A stretch of 64,000 bases of DNA from Octopus sinensis (lineage: Eukaryota), in assembly GCF_006345805.1 (NCBI RefSeq), contig NC_043021.1:22692001-22756000 (forward strand). Direction: 5' to 3'. Positions 13,514 through 26,300 of this stretch are shown piece by piece. The position numbers and the translations under genes were made by a program. Numbering within the stretch: position 1 is the stretch's first letter; every line of letters starts with the position of its first letter. The notes beneath the pieces are model-generated. The model was not told where the DNA came from. It ran no database searches and saw nothing but the letters and a program-made list of their open reading frames with translations.

Positions 13514-14769
13514 CATTTCATTTTGTTTGCGTATATATATATATATATATATATATACAGATCTATATCAATGCACAGAGAACGTACGTACTTTAGGATA
13601 TACACATGATATATATATATATATATATATATAGATATATATATATGTTTATATATATAGCACATAGTTTCACAAGCTAATGCACACATGCACACACACA
13701 CACACACACACAAGCGAAATAATGTAAATCTTTTTAAATTAGTGCCTTGCAATAAAAAGGAAAATAAAAAAAATAATATATGTAAAAAATAAAAAAAATA
13801 AATAATAAAGGATAGAACAAAAATAGAAATACGCAGATGAAGAAATGAAAGATGTTTTAAACTTTGAACTTAGGAAAATACTGCATTCATTTTGAAATGA
13901 TGTTGAATAGAAAAGTGGGAAAAACCAGACAATGTTGTTAATAAATTACAAATTCGGGCATACGGGAATGGCATAGAGAGCTGGAGATCAATAAACTTTA
14001 TACAATTCTACAATCAACTTTCGTCTAATATTATACCTGCCACAAACGTCCACGTAAATTCAATATAATATATTCCCTCTTTCTTTTACAAACTGTTATT
14101 ACATTACAATAGTAACTTTTTATCATCCCATTGACAACTCTAGGAATTGCAATTTAAAATAAATAAAAAGAAAAAAAAAAGCCGTAAAAAGTATGTTAAT
14201 AATAACAATGCTATTTTTTTTTCTCCTCTTTTAAACAGAAGTAATAAAAAATAATAGTTTTGTTATTGTTTACATGAATATGGATATGTTAGTAACGCTA
14301 TTTCTAAACACGGTGAGGCCGAAACAAATGCGTGGGGGGGAAACAAAAACAGCAATAGAAATGTTGTCAGTTATATGTCCTGTAGTTAGTTAATGAGTAA
14401 AACCCAAATAAAACAGGAAGGGAAATCTCTGCTGTGCTTTCGAAATGTATTCCTCATTCTGCCTTTCTCATTGTTCTATCGGTTCCTTTTTCTTTTATAC
14501 TGCAAGTAGTAAATGCAAAAGCATTAATATGGATATAACCGTAGATGAAAATCTTCTATTCTAACCTTGAGAGAAAGTGTGTGAGAGAGAGGATGGAGGG
14601 AGGGAGGGAGAGAGAGAGAGAGAGAGAGAGAGAAGGAGACAGAGACAGACAAAAACCAGAAACAGAGTTTATGGTTACCCTCTCTGCGAAATAATAAAGA
14701 ATGCGAGGTGATCTCCACGAGGGATCTGTTAAATAGCAAACTCATCCTGCACACGACTATTTCAACGAA

Positions 14770-14993
14770 GGCGTTGAGCTGGCAGAAACGTTAGCACGCC
14801 GGGCGAAATGCTTAGCGGTATTTCATCTGCCGTTACGTTCTGAGTTCAAATTCCGCCGAGGTCGACTTTGCCTTTCATCTTATGGGATCGATAAAGTAAG
14901 TACCAGTTACGCACTGGGGTCGATATAATCGACTTAATTCGTTTGTCAGTCCTTGTTTGTCCCTCTGTGTTAGCCCTTGTGGGTAGTAAAGAA
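14770..14993 (+). mobile_element. SINE family A
   Basis: Full match to the 7852 copy. Confidence 0.9.
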
Positions 14994-14996
14994 CTA

Positions 14997-15170
14997 GGTA
15001 TTTCATTCGGCCGTACATTCTGAGTTAAAATTCCGCCGAGGTCGACTTTGCCTTTTATCCTTTCCAGGTCGATAAATTAAGTACCAGTTACGCACTAGGG
15101 TCGATATAATCGACTTAATCCGTTTGTTTGTCTCCTCTGTGTTTAGCTCATTGTGGGTAGTAGAAAAAAT
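14997..15170 (+). mobile_element. SINE family A, 5'-truncated, in tandem with the previous copy
   Basis: Restarts at 'ggtatttc' and repeats body and tail. Confidence 0.85.
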
Positions 15171-15608
15171 AGAGTATTTCAACGTAACTTTATATTTCCA
15201 CATTTGAGCAGAGAACGAGTGCATAGAAAAATGTTTTGTCACTCTCTGCACGTTTTAGACGGCGTTGGATTACGACACACTTGGCACTCTCAGATTCTAT
15301 GCAGGAAATTCTTCGTTACATCTTTCCAAATTTATGAGCTACGAAAAATGGCCCAATAAACTACGGAAACGTAAATTTCAGTTGATCATCTATTTCCATC
15401 ATCTTCCCAAGAATATCGTTACTTATCGCTGCCTACTTCGGCGATCTCGGGTTTTGCCAATGACAGCAGGTTATGAGAACCACGACAATATTCCTATAAT
15501 AGTAGCCTTTTCATGCAGGACTCCTAGCTACGTTATAAAGACAATGGTAAAGTATTGCCCCCACCAAAAACAAAAAAAACCCTGAAAGTTTTAAAATGTC
15601 TATACATA

Positions 15609-16322
15609 CGTGATCTGATCAATAATTATATGGACTGTTGCCATAGTAACGAAGCTAAAGCACGCTGTATAAAGCCGCTTGCTACAGATTGACCTTGAAC
15701 GCTATTGTACACGAACACTAAGCTTTAACTTTGTAGCTCCCTTCCGCTGTTTACAGCAGTGCTTGGAAGGAAGGTGTATTGCGTGTGATCGTAGCATTGA
15801 GCATGGCAGAGAAAGTCCAGCCTCTGAATAGCATGGCGAAAGCTGCTCAGAGGCCTACTCAAAGTTGTCCAAAGTTTTCCTCGTTCTCGACACAGTCAGG
15901 GAGATCCTCCTGTGCAACTGAAACCCGAATGTCATTTTGTTTAACTGAAAGTTGTTATGGCACAAACCAGGCAGACGCGCGTCTCATAACCAAATCTTTA
16001 GTTTCTTCCATCTTGCAAACGTCTGAACCACTCGTACACTTGTGTGCGGCTCATACACTCCTCTTCGTTCACTTCCTGCAACTTTGCTCAAGCCTCGGAG
16101 CAGATATTGACATGATTGTTTCTGTCATGGTCAATGCGACGATCCCCCACTACACACCTGCCTTCCAAGCACTGCTGTAAGCAGCAGAAATGAGCTAGAA
16201 AGCTAAAACCTGGTGCGCACACACAGTAGCGTTTGTGATCAGTCGTTCTCAAGCGGTTTCACTCAGCGTGCTTTAGATTCGTTACTATAGCAACTGTCCG
16301 GATATTTTATGACAAGACCTCG
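15609..16322 (-). mobile_element. Non-autonomous mariner derivative with ~250 bp imperfect terminal inverted repeats
   Basis: 15609-15867 aligns to the reverse complement of 16079-16322 (e.g. 'gttgccatagtaacgaagctaaagcacgctg' vs 'gttgctatagtaacgaatctaaagcacgctg'). Ends resemble mariner TIRs, with TA on the left. Minus strand 16087-16004 encodes AKLQEVNEEECMSRTQVYEWFRRLQDGR (mariner HTH). Confidence 0.8.
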
Positions 16323-18213
16323 TTTAGACCATATCAAAGTGTTGAAAATCTCTATAGATGTAGCGGTCTCATCGATGGCGTACCCTTCAATTTCGACAGA
16401 ATCTCAGCTCCACGTACATAGAACATGAGTTACCTAGTAGCGCCATGGAAGGATCAAAATTTCATAAAAATGATAAACGAGACGGCCATGTGCCAAACAT
16501 TTTGTGATTCGAAACCCTTGTGAGCAGATGACATGTGATCGAAGTACCATGCAAGTTGTAGCTGTTCATACAACTGAACCAGGGACTGATAACGAGAACA
16601 AAGCGTATTCATTTAGGAAAACAACCAGTTAGTAATATCGCTTCCATTTAAACCATTTCCATTTAATTAGATGTATTTGAACACCAATATACGAAGATAT
16701 TATGACGATTCAATTTATAATTTTTAATTCAACATATCACATTTACATTTAAAATTTCAATAGATGTTCAAGGGTTGGTGTTGATAAAAATGAAATCGTT
16801 TTATGGTCATAGTCACTCGTCTACAAATGAATTGAGTGTTTTTTTATGTGTAATTTCTTACATAACAAAACTGATTCTCTAATAATTCTCTTTCATGTCA
16901 TATTCGCCCCATTTATTATTTATAATATAAACCTGTCAGTTCACTCCTATTGAAGTTATAATCCTGTTCATGCAAGCTTTCTATCTAGAAAACGATTCGT
17001 TTAGCCTAGTTGCGAAATATGTTGAGCGAACATGTAATGCATTTGCGGTTCGTATATCAAAAAATCCGATCAAGTGGAAAATGTAAACTGCCTCTGTTTG
17101 TTAAAGTAGCAAATATGTTCCATATATATGACCTAGATGATTCATATCGATTTTTCAACGTCTATAACTTCATAGATGAGAATGGATGTAATATCTGTCA
17201 AACAAGCGAACACGCCTTTACTGGCGTAGTTTTTCCCCTTGAATTCTTTCTGACATAATAATTTTTTTCGGATTCCTCTAAGCTCGCCAATAATCCAACA
17301 CAAACTATCTGATATATTATTTGTGTTTCTCCTTAACAAAACACGCTAAAGTACACAAAAAAGCTCGGGAATCTGCCGAAGTCTGAGAATACTACGTGTA
17401 TTATTATAGCATAGATCATTACTAGTCTCATAATGATCTATATCCGTGTACATAACCACTAATCTTTTTTTTCGGCAGAAGCGAATCTTGTTTACATGTG
17501 AAATAGTAGCTTCCAGAACAAATAAGTCGTAACAATGCCTCGGTTGTCGGATGAAACGTTAAAACGTACTTATTCCAGACTCCACCACTCAGAAGAGAGT
17601 TTTTGTTTGCGTAAGGAAAAACCTGCATCTTTAGATAACACATTTAACCTTATTTAATTTATTGCCTGACATTTTCTCCTTGGCAGTCAAGTTTCATTGG
17701 GTTTTGTGAGATATTTCCTTCATTTGTATTCCGAACTCGTCCGGTATCTTCTCCCAATCTTCCATAAGTTTTGTCTAGCATGTACCTAACAGTATAGCTA
17801 AATCTCTGAATGGTTACACAGGGAGTCGCCATTTCCCGTCATATCTATTTAGTGTTGAGATTTTCAGAAGTGATTTTTCGTTTAACACTTTAACCCTGAC
17901 ACATTTCCCTTCAAATTCACCTCACAAATTTGTCTTATCGCAGTAAGAAATATCATCAATTAGATTTATTACCATTACTTTCTGATTTAGGAACAAGGAC
18001 AGCACTTTTTGGCGAGAGAAGCATAATTGATTACATGGGTTACTCGAAAGAATGAAAGGTAAATTTGGCATTAGCGACATTTGAACTCAAAACAAAAAAT
18101 ACTCTAAACAAATACCGTTTAATGTGTCCGAATTGCTTTTAGACTCTCGCAAACGTCTGCTTGTTTTCAATCTATAATTAACGGTTCCTCGTTGAAGCAA
18201 AAGGCAGCAACTT

Positions 18214-18925
18214 TTGGAAAGAGTGGAGAGTCGCCGGAAAGCTCGGAGAATGGTATGTTGGAGGGGGAATGGTAAAATGGTGATAGGTGATGGGAAAAGG
18301 GGACAGGTAATGGCCGGGGAGATGCGGGGAGAAAGAGCAGAGGTACGTTCCTCGGAACGAGATTTGGCAAGGACAGTGTGGATTGTAGTGAGGGAATACC
18401 CACGAAAGATGAAATCGCGAGATCCGAGTTGAGACAGTTTCAAAGTCATGGTCGTCACTGCAGAGACTTCAGTAGAGGAAGGAGAGCTTGGTGCGGATAA
18501 GGTGGGTGGAAGAGAAGTTAAGGTAGGAGTGTGAGTCGGTGTGTTTGTAGTGTATGGAGGTAGTGAGTGCAGAGTGGTGTATACTGATAGAAAAATCGAG
18601 AAATTAGACGGAAGGGTTAGAAATAGCGCGGGGGAATTCGAGGGTAGGATGGAATGATTTAAAGAAAAAGAAAAGGTGTCTAGTTGTACGCTGGAGACTG
18701 AGGACGCACCGACAAAATCATCGATATAACGACCGTGTATTTCTGAATTGGGACCAGTGAATCGTGAGAATATTTGTGAATTAACGTAGCGAACGAACAG
18801 GTTTGAATAGATAGAGCCCCCATTCTTGTTCCCATGGCCACTCTCGAGCATGTTGGTAAAAAAATCCCCCGCGAACGAGTATCGTTGAGGAAGAGAAGAA
18901 ATTCAGCCAGACGAAGAAAATCTAT
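18214..18925 (-). pseudogene. Penelope-like element reverse transcriptase fragment
   Basis: Frameshifted LRLAEFLL..., VAMGTRMG, YSNLFV, GRYIDDF, followed by thumb-like motifs (..FRGYS..). This is the PLE RT signature (AMG..MG / RYIDD). Confidence 0.85.
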
Positions 18926-18929
18926 ATCT

Positions 18930-19212
18930 GTGTTTGTGTGTGTGTATGCGTGTGTTTGTGGGTGTGTGTATTTGTTTCCTGTACGTATGTGTGTTTTGGA
19001 GCTAGTGAGACGCATCACTGCTTGAAAACTAGTCTTGTTGCGTATGCGTCACCATAAACTAGCGGTTCGGCAAAAAGAGGCTGATAGAATTAGTACCAGG
19101 TTTTAAAAAATAAATAATAAGCTCGATTCCTTCGACAAAATGTTCTTCAAATCGGGTCGGTGCTACAGAATGGCCGCTATTCAAAGCCAGAGACGAGCAA
19201 ATGACAAAAGAT
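18930..19212 (+). mobile_element. SINE family C 3' half, degenerate
   Basis: (TG)n followed by 'ctagcggttcggcaaaaagaggctgatagaattagtacc...ggtgctacagaatggccgc'. Confidence 0.65.
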
Positions 19213-19281
19213 ATATTATGTCTCTCGTTCTCTCTCGAAGTATATTTATATAATGAGCGTCTGTGTGTGTGTTTGTGTTTG

Positions 19282-19317
<36 letters not shown>

Positions 19318-19502
19318 ATGTGTGTATATCTACATGTAAACACCAAAATACCCTTCGTCAAAAGTTGTGATTGTGAAGTGATTTTTTAATTCATAAAAAC
19401 AACATTAAATGTTGCTAAAACAATAATTCTGAATCTAAAACATAACTGATGCTTTATATAATAATTGATAGGTTCTATCGACTCAAATGACAACTTGTCA
19501 TG

Positions 19503-19548
<46 letters not shown>

Positions 19549-21202
19549 TTTCACTTCATATTCCTATTTTTGATTCGCTCTGGTATTGTTTTAGTTGATG
19601 TGCAAAACAAGCAAAATTATTTAAAATAATCAAAAGAAAATATATTGTAAATTTATGCCAATACTGACTGTTATGTTTTCGTAATTCGTAGATTGACGTC
19701 TAGACAATAGACAGCCACTATTTTATTAGACAGTCGATTCGAAGAGGTGTAGAACAAGTTATTAGTTAATTCTAGGTAATTCTATTCGAGTGATACAACG
19801 AAAATCTAATTAACCTACCTGAACTAATTACAGCTATTCCAATTTACGTTCGTACGATATCTAGACCCGGGTTCCATATTAGATTATTTAAATAATGTGT
19901 GTTTTTTTTTCGAACGCACGATACTCTACCCATTCTGAATTTATATTTTAAAGCTGATTATTCAGATGGTGCTCATCAACATCAGAATGAAAGATTTTTT
20001 CGGAGCAATTTCATACATACATTCACAACAGCGGTCCTAAAATGTCGACACGGCACTACCTTCCTATGCGGCGCGATGTTATTGCTAAAACAATTTACAA
20101 TGCCGTCCGCAAAAAACAGACTGTCCTGAAATAAACATGAAAAACCCCTCTGTTATGGAATAAATTCAGAAATACCAACACAAGGAATACTGGTGGAATA
20201 TTCCCATCAAAATTTCTGTCAAATCTTAACATAAGCCGAATACCTTTGTTTGGAAAGGAGAGGCAAAGTATATAACCATCATAAAGGTATATATATATAT
20301 ATATATATAGGATATGTTGTGAATTATGAACTATAACATTGTTGGATTGATTTTGACTAACAACAGTTTCAGCCATGTCCAATTTTAGTGAGAAGCTATT
20401 ACATCATGTAAAAAAGATAAACGTCCTCGTCAGACTAATTAAGAGTAAAATTTAAGACTTAGTATTTTTGAAATGAATAAACATAAAGGTATATATGTAT
20501 GCATATGTACGCCTCTCTTTTCCTACCTCTCTCCCTGTACATATATATGTATGTACGTATGTATGTATGTATAAATATATATGCATGCACACTCATATAT
20601 GATCTGAGTTCCGTTATGTGTAACCAATTCCTAGACATATTACATCTTCTTTATGTCTAGCAGTAGTTATAACGTATCACATCCTCTCAACAACTTTTTG
20701 AATTCTGTACCTATATTAAATCTTACAGTAAAGGAGAATCTTAATTCAAAGGCAGAAATGTCTTTCTCTTTGATTATTTCTCTTTCATATGCACTTAATA
20801 CCTTTCCATAAAAATTGGTCCTTTGCACCACTTTTATTCTCGGAATATTACGGAGATTAGCATGATGTAAAGCTAGTCGAAGCTTGGCAATGTTTGTAGA
20901 TGTTTACAGAACGAAATCAATCCCTGTAATGACTTCGCAGATATCGTCATACCGATAATAAACAAATATTTTAATTCAAATATTTACTTGATTACTTATC
21001 CTTGCTAACTCAATATAACAGCTTCAAACTTGGATTTAAGTAGCCTATCTTCATACAATCCACCAATGTTAGATGCATGTTTGTGTGTGTGTGTGTCTTT
21101 GTATTTGTGTTTATGAATGGCAAACAATTGGGAACTCGATGTGTTGAGTGTCGTAACTTTTTATTGAATGCAAATAATTTAAGCCACTTAAATATAATAT
21201 CT

Positions 21203-21243
<41 letters not shown>

Positions 21244-21245
21244 CA

Positions 21246-21446
21246 TTTCTACTATCGGCACAAGGTTAGAAATTTGAGGGAGAGGAAAAGTCGATTGCAT
21301 CCACCCCAGTACGTAACTGGTACTTAATTTATCAACTCCGAAAGAATGAAAGGCAAAGTCAGCCCCGACGTAATTTGAACTGCCATTGTTGCGGCAGACG
21401 AAATATCACCAAATATTTCGCCCGGCGTGCTAACGATTCTGCCAGG

Positions 21447-21450
<4 letters not shown>
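21246..21450 (-). mobile_element. SINE family A, alternative-tail variant
   Basis: Family A head and body, but the tail is 'aaatttctaaccttgtgccgatagtagaa' instead of the 'tgtttagcccc..gtggg' tail. Confidence 0.75.
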
Positions 21451-21486
<36 letters not shown>

Positions 21487-22064
21487 TATGATGATGATGT
21501 GTATGAAATAAAAGATGTGTTTCTTAAGTTTACAGTTTCTTCAGCGCCCAACGAACACGAAGCGAACAACGAAACAATACTGCAAAATTCTTTGAGCCAA
21601 ATAATAATAACAACAACAACAACAACAACACCAACGACAATTACAACGAGAAAGCAAAACAGTCAGATAACAATTGCTACAATATCAACAACAACAGCAA
21701 CAACTAGCTCAACAACTATAAAGAGTAAAATACAACAAAAAACAAATTTCAACACAATAATAATAACTACAACAATAATCAGATTAAATATGATATCTTT
21801 CAATATTTGTCTTGGAGATAATTCGTTTCCCCGAAGAACAAAATATAATATCTATATTATCTGATCGGATTTTCTAAATCAGGTGTGTCTTTTTTTTTCA
21901 TTTACTTTATTTTCTGTAGTTTTGTTTTATTTCGTGATGTGTTTAACACTTATGGCTTTCATCCTATATTATTATCATGTTTTTTTTCTCTCCCAGAGTA
22001 CTCCCGCCCAACGTCTACACTATTTGTTGTGCTACAACACTTATGTAGACATCAAAAAAAAAAA

Positions 22065-22095
<31 letters not shown>

Positions 22096-22120
22096 TATCT
22101 ATCTATCTATCTATCCATCA

Positions 22121-22152
<32 letters not shown>

Positions 22153-22518
22153 TATGTATATGTATATATATATATATATATATAAATGTATGTATGTTTC
22201 TATGTATGTAGAAATGATTATGCCTATGTGCATTCATGTTAAGCGCTAATAGAATACATACGTGGTGTCTCTTAGAATATTTATCTGGCTGACAACCACC
22301 AATGCCTATCTATCATAAGTGCATTGAAATATTGTTCTCTGTCTAGTCAACATCTACAGACTGTGTCTATCTACCTAGAATCTATGTTTCTGTTCTACCT
22401 CTGCAGGAAATATCTAAATACTTCATGAATATGCGTGTGTACGTGTGCACGCGCGTGTCTATGTGTATATATTTATATGAATGTGTGTGTGTGCACATGT
22501 GTGCGCATGCATATATGA

Positions 22519-22567
<49 letters not shown>

Positions 22568-22662
22568 ATATATAATATATATATATATACACACACGGAT
22601 GTACGCATAATATATGTGTATCCTTATGTATGTATATATGTACACCTACAGATGTACGTATA

Positions 22663-22717
<55 letters not shown>

Positions 22718-23159
22718 CGTGTGTATGTGTGTGTATGTAAATATATGTGTGGATGCATTATTTATGTGTGTGTGTTTATGCGTGTCTGTGTGCGCGTGTG
22801 TCTACGCAAGTAAACATCCGCTAAATATATCTTTCAAATCAACATCTTCAGGCTGTTTTATATATTCTTCTTCATGTTCAGAGCTCACTTATTCCTTCAG
22901 ACTGTATCGTTAGATTTAACTTGATGCACTACAAGCTAAAAGAAATCAGTAATTGCAATCTCTAATTCAACCGACACCAACAAAAAAAATTGTCTTTAAG
23001 AGTTAAAAGAAAGCTATATATTTTGTCTGGTCTGACTTTACTCCGTTCTCACATGCTATAATGTTTTATTAGAAAAACACATTATTTTTTTCTTATATAT
23101 ATAGAGAGAAAGAAATTGAATCTATATTAGCTAATGTCCAGGCTTATATATTTTCTGGA

Positions 23160-23720
23160 AATCCTTCGCTTATGTTAATGAGGTTTCCAATAGATCCGAT
23201 GAACAGATCTGCCTGCTTGGGAAATTTAAGTGCAAGTGGCTGAGCACTCCACTGAAAGGTAGGAGAGTCCAGTTTGCTGGACATTGTTGTAGAGCTGAAA
23301 AAGAAGTAATTTCTGCTCTTCTCCTCTGAAAGCCATCTACTCGCAATACCAAAGGGCGCACAATCTCCTACCCTGATGTAATCTCCAGGGGTACAGGCAT
23401 CCAGCAACAGGACCTCCGTAATGCCATGATGGACCGTGAAGTCTGGCGTAGCATGGTAAATTCCATTGTCTTGACCACGGTCGAACAATGATGATCATGA
23501 CCCCACTACAAAGCAAAGTTTTGACGGAGCTTCAGCCTGGGACGTAAAGCAAAAGGCCCGGCCCTTTGTATTGCGGCTACAATTCATTTTTTTCCACCTG
23601 AATGGACTGGAGTTACATGAAAAATAAAGGGTGTTCTTCAAGGGCACAACGCGCCGATGTGAATCGTTCCTATGACCTCATGATCGTGAGCTGAATACTG
23701 AAAACTAAGCCACGTGCCTT
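23160..23720 (-). mobile_element. Old SINE (family D head + B2-type tail) split by an RTE insertion
   Basis: 23560-23720 is the reverse complement of the family D head/CORE. 23160-23252 and ~23545-23580 match the B2 tail ('gcaagtggctgagcactccac', 'ggccctttg'). Confidence 0.65.
23253..23495 (+). mobile_element. RTE-clade LINE 3' end
   Basis: RRVQFAGHCCRAEKEVISALLL*KPSTRNTKGRTISYPDVISRGTGIQQQDLRNAMMDREVWRSMVNSIVLTTVEQ* followed by a short (GAT)n. Same family as the 10781 copy. Confidence 0.9.
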
Positions 23721-23744
23721 CATACTAATATTACTAATGTAGAT

Positions 23745-23865
23745 CTACGTTAATGTTAGGTGTGTCTGTGGAGGGCTCAATCGATTGAATTTAATTTCTC
23801 GAGTAGGTGGTTCTGTTGATCAGATCAAGAGGGACCCTCTTCGTAGTAACCGACTGAATACCAGA
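23745..23865 (+). mobile_element. SINE B2-type tail, degenerate
   Basis: 'gtgtctgtggagggctcaatc...ttaatttctcgagtagg...gttgatcagatc...accctcttcgtagtaaccgac' matches the B2 tail. Confidence 0.6.
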
Positions 23866-25212
23866 TTTTAGATTGCTTCGTGGTCTTTGTTCTATGTCTG
23901 ATGTGCACATGATTCCTTTTAACCGTAATGTCACGTTTTGTTATCGAAAACCCAGTAGCAAACATTTTACGATCGGTTTAAGGGGGTCTATAATACAGTA
24001 CCCACATATACTTATTTCCAATCAGGATATTTCTAACGAATATTTTCCTCATCACTACTTGCTTGTCAGTGGCCCTTGTTTATAGACTGTGAATTTACCA
24101 GGAAGAAAATATTAGACGTGAAATGATAAATCTGACGAGAATATGGCGAAACTAAATCGAAACGTTTCGGCACAACAAACTTGCCAACAAATGTGTTTTA
24201 ACGTTAGATAACAAATATTCACAGCTATTCATATATTCTGTTCAGGTTAGAGGTAAAAGTAAAAAAGATGTATGAAGAGAAAAATAGAAAATTTGCCAAA
24301 AACAATAAAACAACCAAAAAAAAAAAAAAAACCTGGCTAAATGATGGAACGATTCGAAGAAGAAAAATAACACAAGCTCACGATGATTTATGAGAAATTG
24401 GTAAAAATTCGAGGTCGAATATATAAACTAGAAATATATTAAGTTGTACTTCATTAAAACATAGAGTTATGCTGAGTTAGTGTTCGTAAGAATTGATTAT
24501 GGTAAATTCTTCTCGAAGCGTGTCTAATCGCAATGAAGTAATAAATAAATACTAATGTATCGAAGCCAAGTCATATGTCGACTACAAATTATGACTAGAG
24601 TATTTTAATATTTACTAAATAAACATGTGAATGTCATATTAGACAAATATGTGCATGTGTATGTTGTATATGTATCATAAGCATGTGGATGTATACGCAC
24701 ACACAGACACGCTTACAAAAACGCACATACACAAATAATCCATAACCGTTAGTTCGACAAAATACACCTTGTTTCGCCTACGGTTAGTCTGGAACGATAT
24801 ATGAGCCATAGGCGGAACAGGATTCATTTTTATTGACTAACAGTTATGTATTATATATACTTTGTTCACTCTCAGACTTGCCATTGCCTACTTTATTCTT
24901 TGTGGCCGGGTATAGCTTCTTTTTGAATTTGTCCCGCTAAAATAAAAACGGGAACTAAGAGCAATGGCTCAGATCAGACGGGTTATGAATTTCGATGGCA
25001 ATGATGAAACAAGTGTTATACTTGATGTTCAAATGGTAATCGTGACACATTGGTATCCTTTTGACTGAGAGTATACTCCGTATGAGTGCCAATTAGCAAT
25101 TTCAAAGATAAAATGGAAAGGGGTGGAGTGTAATAAGAAAATAATAAAATTGTCCAGACGAAAGAAATACATCATATTTGTAGTTAAACACACACACATA
25201 TACACACTCATA

Positions 25213-25423
25213 TTGGTTCCAAATTTTGGCACAAAGCCAGTAATTTCGGAGATGGGCTAGATGATTACATCGACCTTAATACTACACTGATGTTTATTTT
25301 TTCGTTTCCAGAAGGATCAACAGCAAAGGCGACCTCGGCAGAATTTGAACTCAGACTTTTCAGACAAATGAAATGCCGCTAAGCAAATACCCCGGCGTGC
25401 TAACGCTTTGGTCATCTCGCCGC
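25213..25423 (-). mobile_element. SINE family A, alternative-tail variant, degenerate
   Basis: Family A head and 'gagttcaaattctgccgaggtcgcc' body with a 'ggctttgtgccaaaatttggaaccaa' tail. Confidence 0.7.
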
Positions 25424-25913
25424 TTTAGCACACATTGACGCCTAATTGCTGAATCATTCTCAAAATTACAGGCGGAGCGGATTCCCTTTACAGGTATAGA
25501 CTGTGAAATTTTGTATACAAAGTGATTTAAACCCCATATTTTCACGCTACCTCCTACAGGTTTACTATCTTCCAGATTGATCGTTCCTAAACATAATTCT
25601 ATTATTGTATGCTTGTGAATACGCGTGAAATGCCTCAAAATAAACGTATAAGATCTGCCGCATTAAGGTAATGATTTGACTTTGGTATCTCGTTACACAC
25701 AATGAGTAGATGCTAATGTACGCTAAAAGAAGGAAGACTCACCTGTTTATAATTTACCAACCTCAGCTGGGAAGCAAAATAAAATACTACCTTTACCTCT
25801 GTCAGTGCGGCTATACGCACATATTTGTTAACTATCATCGAAAGATTTCGTTTCTTGTTGGCAGGAATCCACTCACAAAACCTTGTTAAACTTTAGAAAA
25901 CACACACAGACAC

Positions 25914-25958
<45 letters not shown>

Positions 25959-25983
25959 TGTGTGTGTATGTGTGTGTGTGTGT

Positions 25984-26300
25984 GTGGAGGCGCAATGGCC
26001 CAGTGATCAGGGCAGCGGACTCGCGGTCGTAGGATCGCGGTTTCGATTCCCAGACCGGGCGTTGCGAGTGTTTATTGAGCGAAAACACCTAAAGTTCCAC
26101 GAGGCTCCAGCAGTGGGTGGTGGCGATCGCTGCTGTACTCTTTCACCACAACTTTTTCTCACTCTTTCTTCTGTTGGCCTGCTCGCTTAGCCAGTGGGGT
26201 GGCGTCATTTGATGGCTAAAACAATGCGAGGTGCATTGTGACCAGCGATGTGTAGCAACATCTGATAGCCTGGTCGGTCACGGTGATCGCGGTGAGATAT
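25984..26300 (+). mobile_element. SINE family B1 (tRNA-like head B + tail 1)
   Basis: Head 'ggaggcgcaatggcccagtg..ggactcgcggtcgtaggatcgcggtttcgattccc'; tail 'ttctgttggcctgctcgcttagcc...gatgtgtagcaacatctgatagcctggtcggtcacggtgat'. Confidence 0.9.

Noticed and set aside
15779-16180. 133-aa + strand ORF
   Set aside because: It lies within the mariner-derived fold-back element; the recognisable coding signal is on the opposite strand.
21427-21864. 145-aa Thr/Asn-rich ORF
   Set aside because: Built from (AAT)n and (ACA)n microsatellites and starts inside a SINE.
24132-24172. CTGACGAG...CGAAACGTT motif
   Set aside because: Core letters are present, but the flanks cannot form helix I.
25984-26060. 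tRNA-like sequences at SINE heads (also 6555, 7852, 37757)
   Set aside because: A and B boxes are present, but the sequences continue into multi-copy SINE bodies and I could not fold a full cloverleaf; not called as tRNA genes.
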